64,000 bases of DNA from Octopus vulgaris (taxonomy: Eukaryota): assembly GCA_951406725.2 (NCBI GenBank), contig OX597815.1, forward strand, positions 214,210,001 through 214,274,000, read 5' to 3'. The notes under the pieces are model-generated. The model did not search any database. It was given only the letters and a program-made list of their open reading frames with translations, and had not been told where the DNA came from. Below, piece by piece: positions 49,051-62,104 of the stretch. A program made the translations under genes and the position numbers. Position 1 is the stretch's first letter; every line of letters begins with the position of its first letter.

Positions 49051-50359
49051 TAATAATATCTTTGAAGTGAAACAATTTCATCTATGAATTCAAATTAAAT
49101 CTTAGATTGTGCGCACTAGGAACTTGCCTCATACTTTAAGGACATCGCCATTCGATTATCAGTCATTGTTGTGCTTCGATTAGATTGATTTCAGTTAGCG
49201 TGGATGTTATTATTTGTTTCTGAGTATGATTTCAGGTTTTAAAAAATACTTCATGGAATTTAACCTCAGTCTAGTGCTTGACTTACAAAGAGATCTATCC
49301 TCGTTTATCACGGGAATTTGGTCGCAATAACACCATGTTAAATGAATCAGTAATAAATTAATAATGAAATATATAAAAAAATAGGTCTTGTTCCGAGGCC
49401 CGAAGTTGTCTTAAGAATTGTAGATGGTCGCTTGGAAGTGCGTTTGCGATCCAAGCAGAATCTTTAACTGACAACCGATCCGTGTAATCACAATTCAATT
49501 TATGATAAGCGTAACACGATTTACAATTAGACGTTTTACCTGGATCAGTGATGAATGAATCACTAATCAACGAGGGTAGATGTATTTCATTACACTAATA
49601 TTAAGATAGACGACTTCGGTAATATTTGAACCAGGATTTGAACGGGAAAAAAACTAAAATCATTAATGGATTTAGTTTTTTACTGTCCCAGAAATCTCCA
49701 CAACCATCATATATTAAGTTGTATTCTCTCTTTAAAAGGACAAATCTGAATTGCTCATATAAATAGAAACAGCCTAAACTTTCAAGGATAAAAGCTTGTC
49801 TATGCCACTCAAACGTTAACATCGTATACGCAGCCTTACTATTTGGAGAATCGGTGCATTTGTCAAATCTATAGTTGCAAAAGGAGGGTGTGTTTTCCTC
49901 TCCGTGTAAGAAACATATAAAACACGGAGACCTGGTTATTAATGTGTAAAGTCACTATGAAGAAGGGAGTGGGTAACACATAAAGGAGTCTAAGTGTATT
50001 CTGTAAAGTTTAGGGAGCTATTTGAGAGTTTAGGAATGGGACAGACTGCTGTGAAAATACACCAGCAAAATAAGAATAAAATAAAATAACATTAATATAT
50101 GTCAACAGGATTTGTCGTTTACCGGAAGTAAGTCTGCGGGTGTGCTCCCTACGTTAGAGAAAAATGGGTGTTAAAGGGATATGTATGGTCTGGAAGTAGA
50201 TTGCAGACTTAAAAAAGAGAGAGATGAGGACATATATGGAGAGAGGGGGAGAGAGGGGAAGCGAAGGAAAGAGAGAGGGGGAAAGAGAGAGCGAAGGAAA
50301 GAGAGAGAGTTAAGAAGACAGAGATGACATTGCAATTATACAGAAGTGTAGACGCGTTT

Positions 50360-51060
<701 letters not shown>

Positions 51061-51629
51061 ACTTCTGTAGTTCTATGTATGTGTATAGTGTATACGTGTG
51101 CATGCGAACTTGTGAAAGTGATCTATGTCTTTGTGCGTGTTGTGTTAAGAAACGGCAAAACAGCAAAAGAGAAATAAGGACAGGTCTGCAATTTATTGCA
51201 GTGCCCCCAAATCGACATATATAGGTCTGCACTTGTTCACTTGCCTCTGTTTTATTATTGTGATAGTTTCTGTTCTAAACATCGCCTTAAGAACTCCCCC
51301 ACCACTTAAGCAGCACGGTAGCAGCTACATTTAAAGTACGGTGTGGGCTTTTCTGTTTGAACGCCGAAGGTGAGAACGACATAAATATGCAAAACAACTC
51401 TCACCTACATAATCACAAACACCATGCATATTCACTGAAGACACACGCGCATGCGCCGCACATATACACTTATTTACATGTTCATATGTACACATAATAC
51501 ATACACACTGACGTTTATCTATATGCACATGTAGCTAGACAGACAGACAGACAGACAGACAGATAGATAGATAGATAGTTATTTTATGTACGAACGCACG
51601 TTTCAAATATACAAGTGCACAAAGAAACG

Positions 51630-51660
<31 letters not shown>

Positions 51661-51782
51661 ACACACATATATATATATACATGCACACATACATATATGC
51701 ACACATACATGCACACATACATATATGCACACATATATATAAGATTCCGTTATATATATATATATATATATATGCACATATC

Positions 51783-52510
51783 GTAGGATGAGTTCCTGGA
51801 TCTTAAGAACTTTCCGGTCCAGAGAACAAGGTGTCATCATACCACTTTTTTCCTCCTTTGTACGGCCACACCTTGAATACTGCTGTCCACTGTGGTCTCC
51901 TCACACAAGACAAAACATCTCCAGAATTGAGTCACCCCAGAGGGCTCTCACTAAACAAATTGAAGGCATGGCTGCTCTCGATTATTGGGATCGCCTTAAA
52001 GCCTTGAAACTTTACTCCCTCCAGCGTCGCCGTGAGCGGTACATCATTTGTACGATGTGGAAAATATACCGCCAACTTTGCCCAAACTACCTAAACATTA
52101 GCTTCAAGGTTCATCCAAGACTTGGACCACGGGCTATACGTCCCCTGCCAAATTCAAGATCACAACATACATGTACACTGCAACATAATTTCTTTTCCTC
52201 AACAGGCCCTGCCCTATTTAACATTGTCCCGAGGGAGATCAAAGAGGAAAAGGATCCCATCAACTTCAAACAGAGTCTGGATAGATTCCTTCAAAGAATA
52301 CCAGATAAGCCACCTATAATTGGATACAACTCACCCAACAAGAACTCACTACTTGAACAAAACTGGATACAACTCACCCAATAAGAACTCACTACTTGAA
52401 CAAAACTTGACTTAAACAGGATTCGAATAATCCTATCAGGTGGTGCTATTAAGTTAGACATGGCCTGGACCAATCTCTGGTCGAAACATATCTAAGTTTA
52501 TCTAAGTTTA
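51783..52510 (+). mobile_element. CR1-group LINE 3' end (RT C-terminal region, 3' UTR, tail)
   Basis: ORF 51788..52384: WILRTF, VRPHLEYCCPLWSP, LYSLQRRRERY, GPALFN, FKQSLDRFL; tail TCTAAGTTTA x2; short tandem duplication near 52327-52408. Confidence 0.9.
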
Positions 52511-52589
52511 TATATATATAATAATAATAATAGGGAGTAGAACTCCAAACGTACAGGGAAAAATCCAATTTCGTATTAAATCAAATTTC

Positions 52590-52718
52590 ACAATATACAT
52601 ATATGAAATATAAATTAGAGATAAAACCACTATTATGCAACTAGTTATATGTTCTATAAAAATATCATTGTTTGAGTTGCATAATAGTGGTTTTATCTCT
52701 AATTTATATTTTATATAT
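52590..52718. repeat. Fold-back inverted repeat beside (TA)n
   Basis: AAATATAAATTAGAGATAAAACCACTATTATGCAACT and its reverse complement, ~33 nt spacer. Confidence 0.85.
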
Positions 52719-52724
52719 GTCTGC

Positions 52725-52792
<68 letters not shown>

Positions 52793-53499
52793 ATAAGTGG
52801 GGGTAGCTAAGTCTATTTCGATATACACTGAGAATAACAGTGTTCGAGTTGTCATTAGTTTACGTTTCGCTGCAAATATGGCGCCGTATCTCAGTTGTTT
52901 CGTACGAACCCTTTCGAAAATTAAATTCAAGTCAACGTTACTTGAAAACGACGACAAATTTAATTTGACCAATTATGCCTAATGTGTCTCCTAAAACAAC
53001 CATAAAATTGATGATTTTCCTGTAGTTAAAGGAAAATTTTATTGTTGTCGTGTGACTAATTCAGTAATTACTTGTGTTTGATATGTAAGAAAGGTCTTTG
53101 TTAATACCACTAACATTACCCAGAGTGAATACAGATCTATATTCCATTAGCGTCACTGCATCATATAATGGTTTGGCTCCATTTGCTGATGAATCTTTTA
53201 TTCCGTTGAGATGCTTCAAACCAGTATGAGATAATGAACCTACGCAAACTCTATCATAATCAGAAATCCGGATTGTTGGGTGATGAACATGATGCTACGA
53301 AGTGGCTAACAAATACCAGCCCGCGCCGATAACTTAGATAACTTACACGAGAAAGTGGGGTTGCCTACGATCTTTGTAGGTTACATACACCTTCAACCAA
53401 ATGGGATTGGTTTGGTGATGTTCAGCTTGAACATTTTGGGGACAGAACTTGCAAAAAAGAAAAAAGTACGAACAAGACGGAATTTCGAGAGGATTGCGC

Positions 53500-53705
53500 T
53501 CGTGTCATTATGTCTGTATTTGTTCCCCACCACCGCTTGACAGCCGGTGTTGATATGTTTACGTCCCCGTGACTTAGCAACTCGGCAAAAAGTGAACAAT
53601 ATGATAAGTACCAAACTTTAAGAAAAACAATAGTTATTGGGGTCGAATAATTCGACAAAAAAATTCTTCACAGCAGTGCTCCAGCGTGACCGCAGTAAAA
53701 ATAAA
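53500..53705 (+). mobile_element. SINE-B 3' half, degenerate
   Basis: CGCTTGACAGCCGGTGTTG..TTTACGTCCCCGTGACTTAGC..GTGCTCCAGCGTGACCGCAGT. Confidence 0.75.
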
Positions 53706-53962
53706 GAAGAGAAAAAGAATTGAGAGAGTTGTTAAGTCGTCAGAGACGATACTTTTTGTTACTTGTACCTGATCTCTGTAATCTAAATTCAAATCCCTTT
53801 AGCTTTCATTCTTTCGAACTCATAAAAAAAGAACCGTACCATTCCAGAACGGTGAATTGGTAGGACGCCTAACAATAGTTCTTTCAGAGTTGTAACAGAT
53901 TTAATTATTCATCTCCTACAAAAACGAATCTCTTTCTCGCATAATAGGCATTTGTAATTTTA

Positions 53963-54984
53963 AAGGCGGCAAGCTGGCAGAAACGTTAATATGCTGGGCG
54001 AAATGCTTAGCGGTATTTCTTCTGCCGTTACGTTCTGAGTTCAAATTCCACCGAGGTCAACTTTGCCTTTCATCCTTTCGGGGTGGATTAAATAAGTACC
54101 AGTTACGCACTGGGGTCGATATAATCGACTTAATCCGTTTGTCTGTCCTTGTTTGTCCTCTCTCTGTTTAGCCCCTTGTGAGTATTAAAGAAATAGGTAT
54201 TTCGTCTGCCACTACGTTCTGAGTTCAAATTCTGCCGAGGTCGACTTTGCCTTTCATCCTTTCGAGGTCGATTAAGTACTATTTCTTTACTACCCACAGG
54301 GGACTAAACACAGAAAGGACAAACAAGGACAGACAAACGGATTAAGTCGATTATATCGACCCCAGTGCGTAACTGGTACTTGATTTATCGACCCCGAAAG
54401 GATGAATGGCAAAGTCGACCTCGGCGGAATTTGAATTCAGAACGTAGCGACAGACGAAATAGGGCTACGCATTTCGCCTGGCGTGCTAAAGTTTCTGCCA
54501 GCTAACCGCCTTAATTACCGATTAAATAAGTACCAGTTAGGCACTGGAGTCGCTATAATCGGCTTAATCCGTTTGTCTGTCCTTGTTTGCACCCTGTGTG
54601 TTTAGCCTCTTGTGGGTTGTAAAGAAATAGGTATTTCGTCTGCCGCTACGTTCTGAGTTCAAATTCCGCCGAGGTCGACTGTGCCCTTCATCCTTTCGGG
54701 GTCGATTAAATAAGTACCAGTTACGCACTGGGGTCGATGTAAGCGACTTAATCCGTTTGTCTGTCCTTGTTTGTCCCCTCTGTGTTTAGCCCCTTGTGGG
54801 TAGTAAAGAAATAGGTATTTCGTCTTTATGTTCTGAGTTCAAATTTCGCCGAGGTCGACTTTGCCTTTCATCCTTTCCGGGTCGAATAATTAAGTACCAG
54901 TTACGCACTGGGTCGATATAATCGACTGCCCCCCAAAATTCTTTCAAAAACAGTCGGGCCCTGAGCCTAGAGTAGAAAAGAATA
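53963..54984 (+). mobile_element. SINE-A tetramer with nested inverted copy (54280-54512)
   Basis: One full and three 5'-clipped units joined at GAAATA|GGTATTTCG; last unit has old tail. Confidence 0.92.
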
Positions 54985-55505
54985 AAATTGGTTGTTGTTA
55001 TTTGATTTCATTTCAGACATTCCTTGGGTTTAAAGATTCGTGTTATAAAGTAAATATCTTTATGTTGGTAATTTATTCCGGATGGATATTCCACTTTTCC
55101 CTTCTTTACAACACCCTCGTCTACTGATTGTGTAGTAAATCTGCTAGTCAGTAATGGTGAGTCATCAAATTTAGCCCTACTGTATTGACATTTATGACTC
55201 ATCGGTTAATTACATAATGATCCTACGACTAGATACTGCAATACAGGAAGATAGGTACGTATAGTAAATCCAGATGAGAAAAAGAGTGGATTCCGAGACG
55301 GCTTGGCGGCGGCCTTTCTATTGTTTTATTATTGAATATAATCAAGAAACAACCAAATCATCTGAAGCTCATCAAAACCTTCGATAATATTATGGTGTCG
55401 CTGCTGCTGCTACAACTATACTGTTGTATGAATATCTGTGACAAGGCACTTATATTAAACTGTTGTGTGTACTAATGCATCACTATACTAATCTTACTCG
55501 AGTAT

Positions 55506-55741
55506 AAGGCGGCGAGCTGGCAGAAGCGTTAGCACGCCGGGCGAAATGCGTAGCCCTATTTCGTCTGCCGCTACGTTCTGAGTTCAAATTCCGCCGAGGT
55601 CGACTTTGCCTTTCATCCTTTCGGGGTCAATAAATTAAGTACCAGTTACGCACTGGGGTCGATATATTCAACTTAATCCGTTTGTCTGTCCTTGTTTGTC
55701 CCCTCTGTGTTTATCCCCTTGTGGGTAGTAAAGAAATATAA
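55506..55741 (+). mobile_element. SINE-A young-tail monomer
   Basis: 19 bp TSD ACTAATCTTACTCG(A/G)GTAT at 55487-55505 and 55742-55760. Confidence 0.95.
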
Positions 55742-56109
55742 ACTAATCTTACTCGGGTATTCTGGTTGCTGACCTTTCATTTTGTCAACCCTAACCGAGA
55801 AAATCTATCGACAAAAGTATTCCAGTCACAACCTCACGTCTGTCTATGAATATCTAGGAATAAATTTCCTAATGTGTCCTAGTTATTTTTGTTTTGTTTT
55901 GCTTTTCTTTTGCGATTGTAGGGCGCGATTTGAGGGAAATTTGACTGCTATTTCTAGCTGGTCAATATATTGATATTTCTGATCCTTTTCTATGTATCTC
56001 CGGCATACATCGCTGCCAGCATGACGATTAATGTAGACAGGTGATGCTTGGTTTGGCCCCTTGGTTGATGGAGGAGATGCAAACTGGAAGACAGCTGCAA
56101 CTTTGCATT

Positions 56110-56872
56110 ATAACTTGGCACTCCGTAGGTTACGACGAAGAGTACTCTAGTTGATCCGATCAACGTTACAACCTGCATGTGAAATTAACGTGCAAGTGGG
56201 TGAACACTCCACAGACACGCGTACGTTTAGCATAGTTTAGGCGGCGAGCTGGCAGAAACGTTAGCACGACGGGCGAAATGTGTAGCCGTATTTCGTCTGC
56301 CGTTACATTCTGAGTTCAAATTCCGCCGAGGTCGACTTTGCCTTTCATCTTTTCGGGGTCGATTAAATAAGTACCAGTTGCGCACTGGGGTCGATATAAT
56401 CGACTTAATCCGTTTGTCTGTCCTTGTTTGTCCTCTCTGTGTTTAGCCTCTTGTGGGTAGTAAAGAAATTGGTATTTCGTCTGCCGTTACATTCTGAGTT
56501 CAAATTCCGCCGAGGTCGACTTTGCCTTTCATCCTTTCGGGGTCGATAAATTAAGTACCAGTTACGCACTGAGGTCGATGTAATCGACTTAATCCGTTTG
56601 TCTGCCCTTGTTTGTCCCCTCTGTGTTTAGCCCCTTGTGGGCAATAAAAAGATAAGTACCTTTAGCATAGTTTTCAAGAAGGTTCGGCGTGGCACTGCAT
56701 GTTACAAGGCCGGCCTTTTTCAATTACAGGTACAACTTATTTTTGCCAGCCGAGTGGACTGGACCAACGTGAAACATAGTGTCTTACTCAATGTCACAAC
56801 GCACCTCCATGAATCGAACTCACAACCTTATGATTGTAAATCAAACCTAACCACTAAGCCGTGCGCCTTCAC
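56110..56872 (-). mobile_element. SINE-C interrupted by SINE-A dimer
   Basis: Body 56110-56238 and 56656-56872 with tRNA-like head at right end. Confidence 0.8.
56239..56655 (+). mobile_element. SINE-A young-tail dimer
   Basis: 18 bp TSD GTAC(G/C)TTTAGCATAGTTT at 56221-56238 and 56656-56673. Confidence 0.95.
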
Positions 56873-57460
56873 TGTGCATCATAGGTTCCCTTTGTTGATC
56901 CAACTCCTCGTCAGTTTCCCAATCTGTTTGGCAGTCCAGCTTACAACACGGTTTCGATTGTTGAGTGAAGTTATTTTGCATCACCTTATGAAATCGACAT
57001 GACTCCTTTCGGTTCACTTAGGTCGTTGGTAACTCTTTTGCTTTCATTTTATACGTTCACATCGCTCTAAGCCTTAAACTACCTTACAGAATTGAGGGGG
57101 TTACATGCTGTGCATGAAAACTGAAAGTAAACCCGAATATCTTTGCAACAAGGTTCGAGTATGATTAATGGTTTCAAAGTATGTACTTTTATATTACGTG
57201 TGAATACGTTCAAAAATCAAGCTGATATCATGTTATCTTTCATCCTTTTTGAGGGTACGGATGGACAGGATTATTGAATGGACTTCCAAGCATGTTGTGC
57301 ATTGTAGCTAACACCGTGGAGTGGATTGTGAGAGGCCGGCGGTTTTGAATCGGTTAAATGCCATTTATTTTACTTATACTGTTAAATTCCTTTGCCAAGG
57401 GCATTGAGTTAACAGCAAATATTTTATCTCCCATTAAAATCAGAGATCTCACATTCAACA

Positions 57461-57493
<33 letters not shown>

Positions 57494-57834
57494 CATACAC
57501 ATGCACACACACACACACATGTAGCAGGTTAAAAAGTTATATATATATATAGATATATATATATATATTACGATTATGCTTAGAAATATCGTTACTAATA
57601 GTCATTTCTTAGAACTCAATATAGTTATACTTTAGAGTAAAGCGCCAGCTGAGTTTAGAATATATTTATGTATTAATGAAAACAAAATCACAGGAATTAC
57701 GTAATCCCCTTATTTAAATGGCCCGCAAAAGCTATAAGATGTCGCACAAGCACTCAGCCGTAAGTGCAATGCTCCTAACAGCAGAAACAATTGTAAGCTA
57801 AAGAAAGTGATTCCGTAACTCTTGTCATCTTACG

Positions 57835-58405
57835 TTAAGTCCATCTGTCTGTCTGTTCCGTCATCATGGTCAACGGCTGGACCAAGAGTCACGATGGTTT
57901 TCGGGATTAAAAAGGAGGTAATCAGGGACGTTTTTAGTGAAAAAATGTGAAAAAGTATAATTATTTAGTGAATATTGAGTTTCGTATTAATAAATCAGCT
58001 TTGATTTTCTTTTTTTTTTGTTAAAATTGCGGCGACGAAGATTAACTCTGGATTTCCGCCCCATATAGTTCGTGAATTTAGAGGGTTTAAATTTGCAATA
58101 CTGTCCCCTTATTTCACATCGTAGATGAGGAGATTTGCTATCTTACTATAATGGGCGCTATGACCGTCTTTCTGTCCGTCTCTTTGTCTGTTCCCTCTTC
58201 GCTGCCAGTCGGCTGGACCAACGGTTACGATATTTTTCGGGATTACAAAGACGGTCGTCGGGAAGGTTTTTAGCATTAAAAAAATAAAAAAAGTATGATT
58301 ATTTCGTGGACATCGATTTTTGAATTGATAAACCACCTTCGCATTTTTATTAAAAATTCATCGACCGCGAGTAACTCTCGATTTTCATCGTATAGTTCGT
58401 AGCCC
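57835..58405 (+). mobile_element. Two diverged tandem units resembling Helitron 5' ends
   Basis: ~57840-58075 aligns with ~58165-58400 (GTCTGTTCC, CGGCTGGACCAA, TTCGGGATTA, TATAGTTCGT); A|TCTTACTATAA at 58141. Confidence 0.55.
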
Positions 58406-58637
58406 CATCGTAGATCCGAACGGGGTCGCAAGGACGGTTAATAGCGAAAATAAAATCGAAAAAGTGTGTGTCAGTATATAGTGTATGTGATTATTTAGTG
58501 GTTATTGAAGTGTGTCAGTCACATGCAGGATTCGAAACGGCTAATCGAAGCGGCTGTTGTCAATCAAAATAACCCATGGTACCCGTGTATTGTCACCTCT
58601 TTCTTTAACCCTTGTGGTTTGAATAAAATCATCGTTC

Positions 58638-60730
58638 TAGTTCTACTTTGTGTTAAAATACATATTTGTAGTAAGTCACTGTTAAATTAATTGTTGCACT
58701 GTTGAATGGCTGTTTATTCTAATTATTTTGTGTTGAACAACACTTTGTTTTGCTGCCTTACGACAGTTTTGTTGACGCCTTCCCCCTTGTTTGAAGGGGG
58801 TAGCACAGCGTTAAAAAATGGAGTATGACAATCTGAGTTCTTCCGAGGAAGAATTGCTGAAAACAATTTCTGTGATAGACAAAAAAAGAAGAAAGAATGA
58901 ATTTTGCGGCCGTGGTCAAAAGCCACAACGAACAAATTGATGCAAAGGAACTAGGTAAATGCAAGAATATGCTTCGTAGGTAGGGGCAAGACGTAAAGGT
59001 GTCCCCTCCCCGAGAAGTTATTACAGAAAACCAACCAAAGAAAAGATGATAATCTATAGAACTTACTCTGTCAAAACCAAGAAAATCGAATTAATGACTA
59101 CAATTCAAATTGAAAAGGCGTTAAAACCCATCTGGCAGAGGAAGAAAGTTCGGAACGGTGGAGGTGCGGTTCCGAGATGAAGCTACTGCCAGGCTACCCC
59201 TTAAAATCTGATGAGGTGTTACTTCTGCCCATATACCTTGGAAGACGTGCTTCCAGGGAAGGGGTAGAAGACATAGAAGCTAGTAACTGCTATACTGCTG
59301 GGCCTCCAAGCCACCAGCACTGCACATAAAAATTCGCAAGGGCAGGGCCTGGATATGGTAGTCTAGGCCACCCTGGAAGACCTGGAAAATATGGTCGAGA
59401 TCATTACATTCAAAGATGTAATACTCGGTGTTAGAGTGGTGGTCAGTATCCCTCGTTGTTACATATGTGGCCAAAAAGAGCACATTAGAGCGGAATGTCC
59501 TCCACCGCCCATAAAGTCACAAGAGGTACCCGTGATCGTAAAAGAAACTGCACCTCCACCGCCGGCAAGAACTAACGGAAGAGAGATCAGCACAGGGGGA
59601 AAAGGAAAAAATAAAACCAAAGACGGATGGGAAACTGCAGGAAAGAAGAACAGAAAGAGGAGAAAAAGTACAATCGGTGAACGATAATCCTCATCTCACA
59701 CCCATCCGACTCCCACCCAGACCCACACTGCTCCACCCTTCCCCTACAGACACTAACCCTCACCCTACCCCCACCTTACACTGACAAATTAACCACAAGC
59801 ACACAAGAGCCCCAAATTTCCCAAGCCCCAACCTGTGAAAAAAAGTATAGTGATTTACAATGCAAAACATGCTAAGCTATCTAAGGGGGTAGACAGGTGG
59901 GAAGAGTAGATAAAGGTAATCATTGTAGAGTGTGGGGAGGTGCCCTCGCACTATGACTGTGTGATAGTAGACCCCAGATACACATCAGAACTGGAAGAAT
60001 ACGGGAACAATGTTTTTCACTGGCGAAAGAAAATCGATACCAGGTATATACCAACAACAGTAGGTTACAAAGAACTTCTTAAAGACTTTAATATAGACAT
60101 TTTATGTGGTGAATAAGATTTTAAAATGTTTTATAATAAGTAAAATAAGTAAATTGTGTATATCTTTATATATAAAAGTGAGGTTGTGTGCTGTCTGTCT
60201 CCTACGATTTAGATTCCTAACTACTCCCACATTTTGCGGTGCAGTTTAACCAAAACCGGGTATCTTATAGTCGTGATTCATATCGAGCCCTTCTGGGTAT
60301 TAGCGCGCGTCTACGATGAGTCTACTATTAAAAAAAAAAATTACCATAAAGTTTTCCCATTTTTAATGCATTTTTGGCATATATAAGGGAAGTAACTCTC
60401 TAAAAATTTATTATTAAATCTCAGAACGTAAAAAGCTAGAGTAACCCCCCCCTTTGTGGTTAGCTATATTGAGATGGCTATTATACTTTACATCTCTAAA
60501 AATGCTTATATAGTTATTTCCCTTACAAACCCGAGCAACGCCGGGCGATACTGCTAGTCAAAGATAAATGAAGTCATCTGGATGTGGGGTCGAGTGGCTT
60601 CATTCCGTTTTTCATTTGATTATTTAATTCATCCTTTTCATTCGAATTTTTTGTCCCCATCCTTGGGTTTTTTGTCTGTCCTTGTACTGTCACCTCTATA
60701 TTGGCCCCGTGTGGGCAATAAAGAAATAAG
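58638..60730 (+). mobile_element. ORF1-only non-LTR retroposon (HAL1-like), copy 2
   Basis: ATG 58818; decayed ORF1 homologous to copy 1 (RTYSVK, RGRKFGTVEVRF, LLPIYLGRRAS, CYICGQKEHIRAEC); T-rich 3' UTR ending GTGGGCAATAAAGAAATA; 5' end approximate, no clear TSD. Confidence 0.82.
60163..60557 (+). mobile_element. Non-autonomous Helitron nested in the retroposon 3' UTR
   Basis: A|TC start, CCCGAGCAACGCCGGG hairpin, CTAG|T end. Confidence 0.9.
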
Positions 60731-60866
60731 TTTGAGCTAGTTCCACCGTTCGTGCGTTGATAGTTCACAGCTCGAGTTAGCGCGTTGGATTGTTGTTACG
60801 TTCCGTGTGCTTACGGCCGTTTTTTCGATTATATTGTTGCAGTGTATTCGTTTATCCGTAAGGGTA

Positions 60867-60905
<39 letters not shown>

Positions 60906-60906
<1 letters not shown>

Positions 60907-61022
60907 TGAGTCATTCCATAAATAATGCTGTTTTTTATAGTTCTTTTATTTTTCAAATTTAAGATATAAACAAAGCTTTTAATCTAGTATGTATTCTCCT
61001 TCATTTTCTACAATGCTCGTCC
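60906..61022 (-). mobile_element. Mariner right end
   Basis: Minus strand TSIVENEGEYILD* resembles mariner C-terminus, followed by TIR-like end and TA. Confidence 0.6.
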
Positions 61023-61039
61023 CTCACATCCAGCAATGG

Positions 61040-61079
<40 letters not shown>

Positions 61080-61403
61080 CTTTATTTTATTATTGATATT
61101 CTACATAAATGAAGCTATATCATTTATTTTGCTGTTTTTCTTTACACGAAATGAGAAGATACATTGCGGAATTGTTATTTTAACGAGTTATATCTCTCTA
61201 TCATCCGAAAAGATACATCTATACCGCCGGAGGCTCCTGAACCAGTTGTTAAGTATCCCACCCATGAGGGGTCGATGGTAGACCGTGATTAATAAAAATA
61301 CTCGTATCTTCCATCCTTCATTTACCACACACATACATACACACACATATATATATGTTGCCACTACACACATTTTTTCTCTCGTTGTTTCTTTCTGTGT
61401 TCC

Positions 61404-61437
61404 TTTCTGTGGAAGAGCGTAGGCTCGAAACGTAAAA
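61404..61437 (+). ncRNA. Minimal hammerhead-like motif with variant core
   Basis: TTT-CTGTGGA-A-GAGC-GTAG-GCTC-GAAACGTA-AAA; A6 position is T. Confidence 0.5.
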
Positions 61438-61615
61438 CACGTTTTCAATTCCCGAGCGTTATACTAATACATCTGTTTGTTTTCTACACCACCTTCTCAT
61501 TCTTTTGCTTTTTCGTGAATTCTCCCTATATATATATATATATAAATGTGACCGCGTGTGTACCGTTGGCGATTTTTTCCTCCGTCTTCCCTTCTTTGGA
61601 TCTTTCCTTTTCCTA

Positions 61616-61652
61616 TGTTTCTGACGAAGAGCTCCGCTCGAAACGTTAAACA
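61616..61652 (+). ncRNA. Minimal type I hammerhead (Penelope type)
   Basis: TGTTT-CTGACGA-A-GAGC-TCC-GCTC-GAAAC-GTT-AAACA; loopless palindromic stem III ACGT. Confidence 0.8.
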
Positions 61653-61738
61653 CTCCTTCTTTCCTGAGCATCCAATAATACTATATTTGTTTCACGTCCT
61701 CGCGTTGTTGTGTTTTTTGTGCTTTCTTGTTTGGATTA

Positions 61739-61804
<66 letters not shown>

Positions 61805-61849
61805 CATACATACATATACGTAAAAACACACACAAACATACACATAAAT

Positions 61850-61913
<64 letters not shown>

Positions 61914-62104
61914 CAGATCCTATACATATATTCTCATATATACATAACACACACATAGGCGTACGTATGTACGTAACTGTTTGTGTGTACGCGCGCCAAA
62001 ATGAGTGTGTTTGTTTGTTCTTTCGGAGCAATTATCGTCCCACACAAGGAATTTCGAACACGTGAAAGAAAATCTTCAACAAAAATCTAATTACAAGTAC
62101 ATGT

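Larger units (their letters stand above)
61350..61742 (+). mobile_element. Two related Penelope pLTR fragments in tandem between (TA)n tracts
   Basis: Each has pyrimidine-rich leader, hammerhead, TTCC(C/T)GAGC..TAATAC downstream, and ends at (TA)n. Confidence 0.7.

Noticed and set aside
55340-55440. Mariner N-terminus-like peptide KSSEAHQNLR*YYG
   Set aside because: Too short, no TIR identified
57728-57800. GAAACAATTGTAAG and similar half-motifs at ~5965, 11751, 43085 and 47368
   Set aside because: Lack a complete CUGANGA core or stems; at most decayed relics
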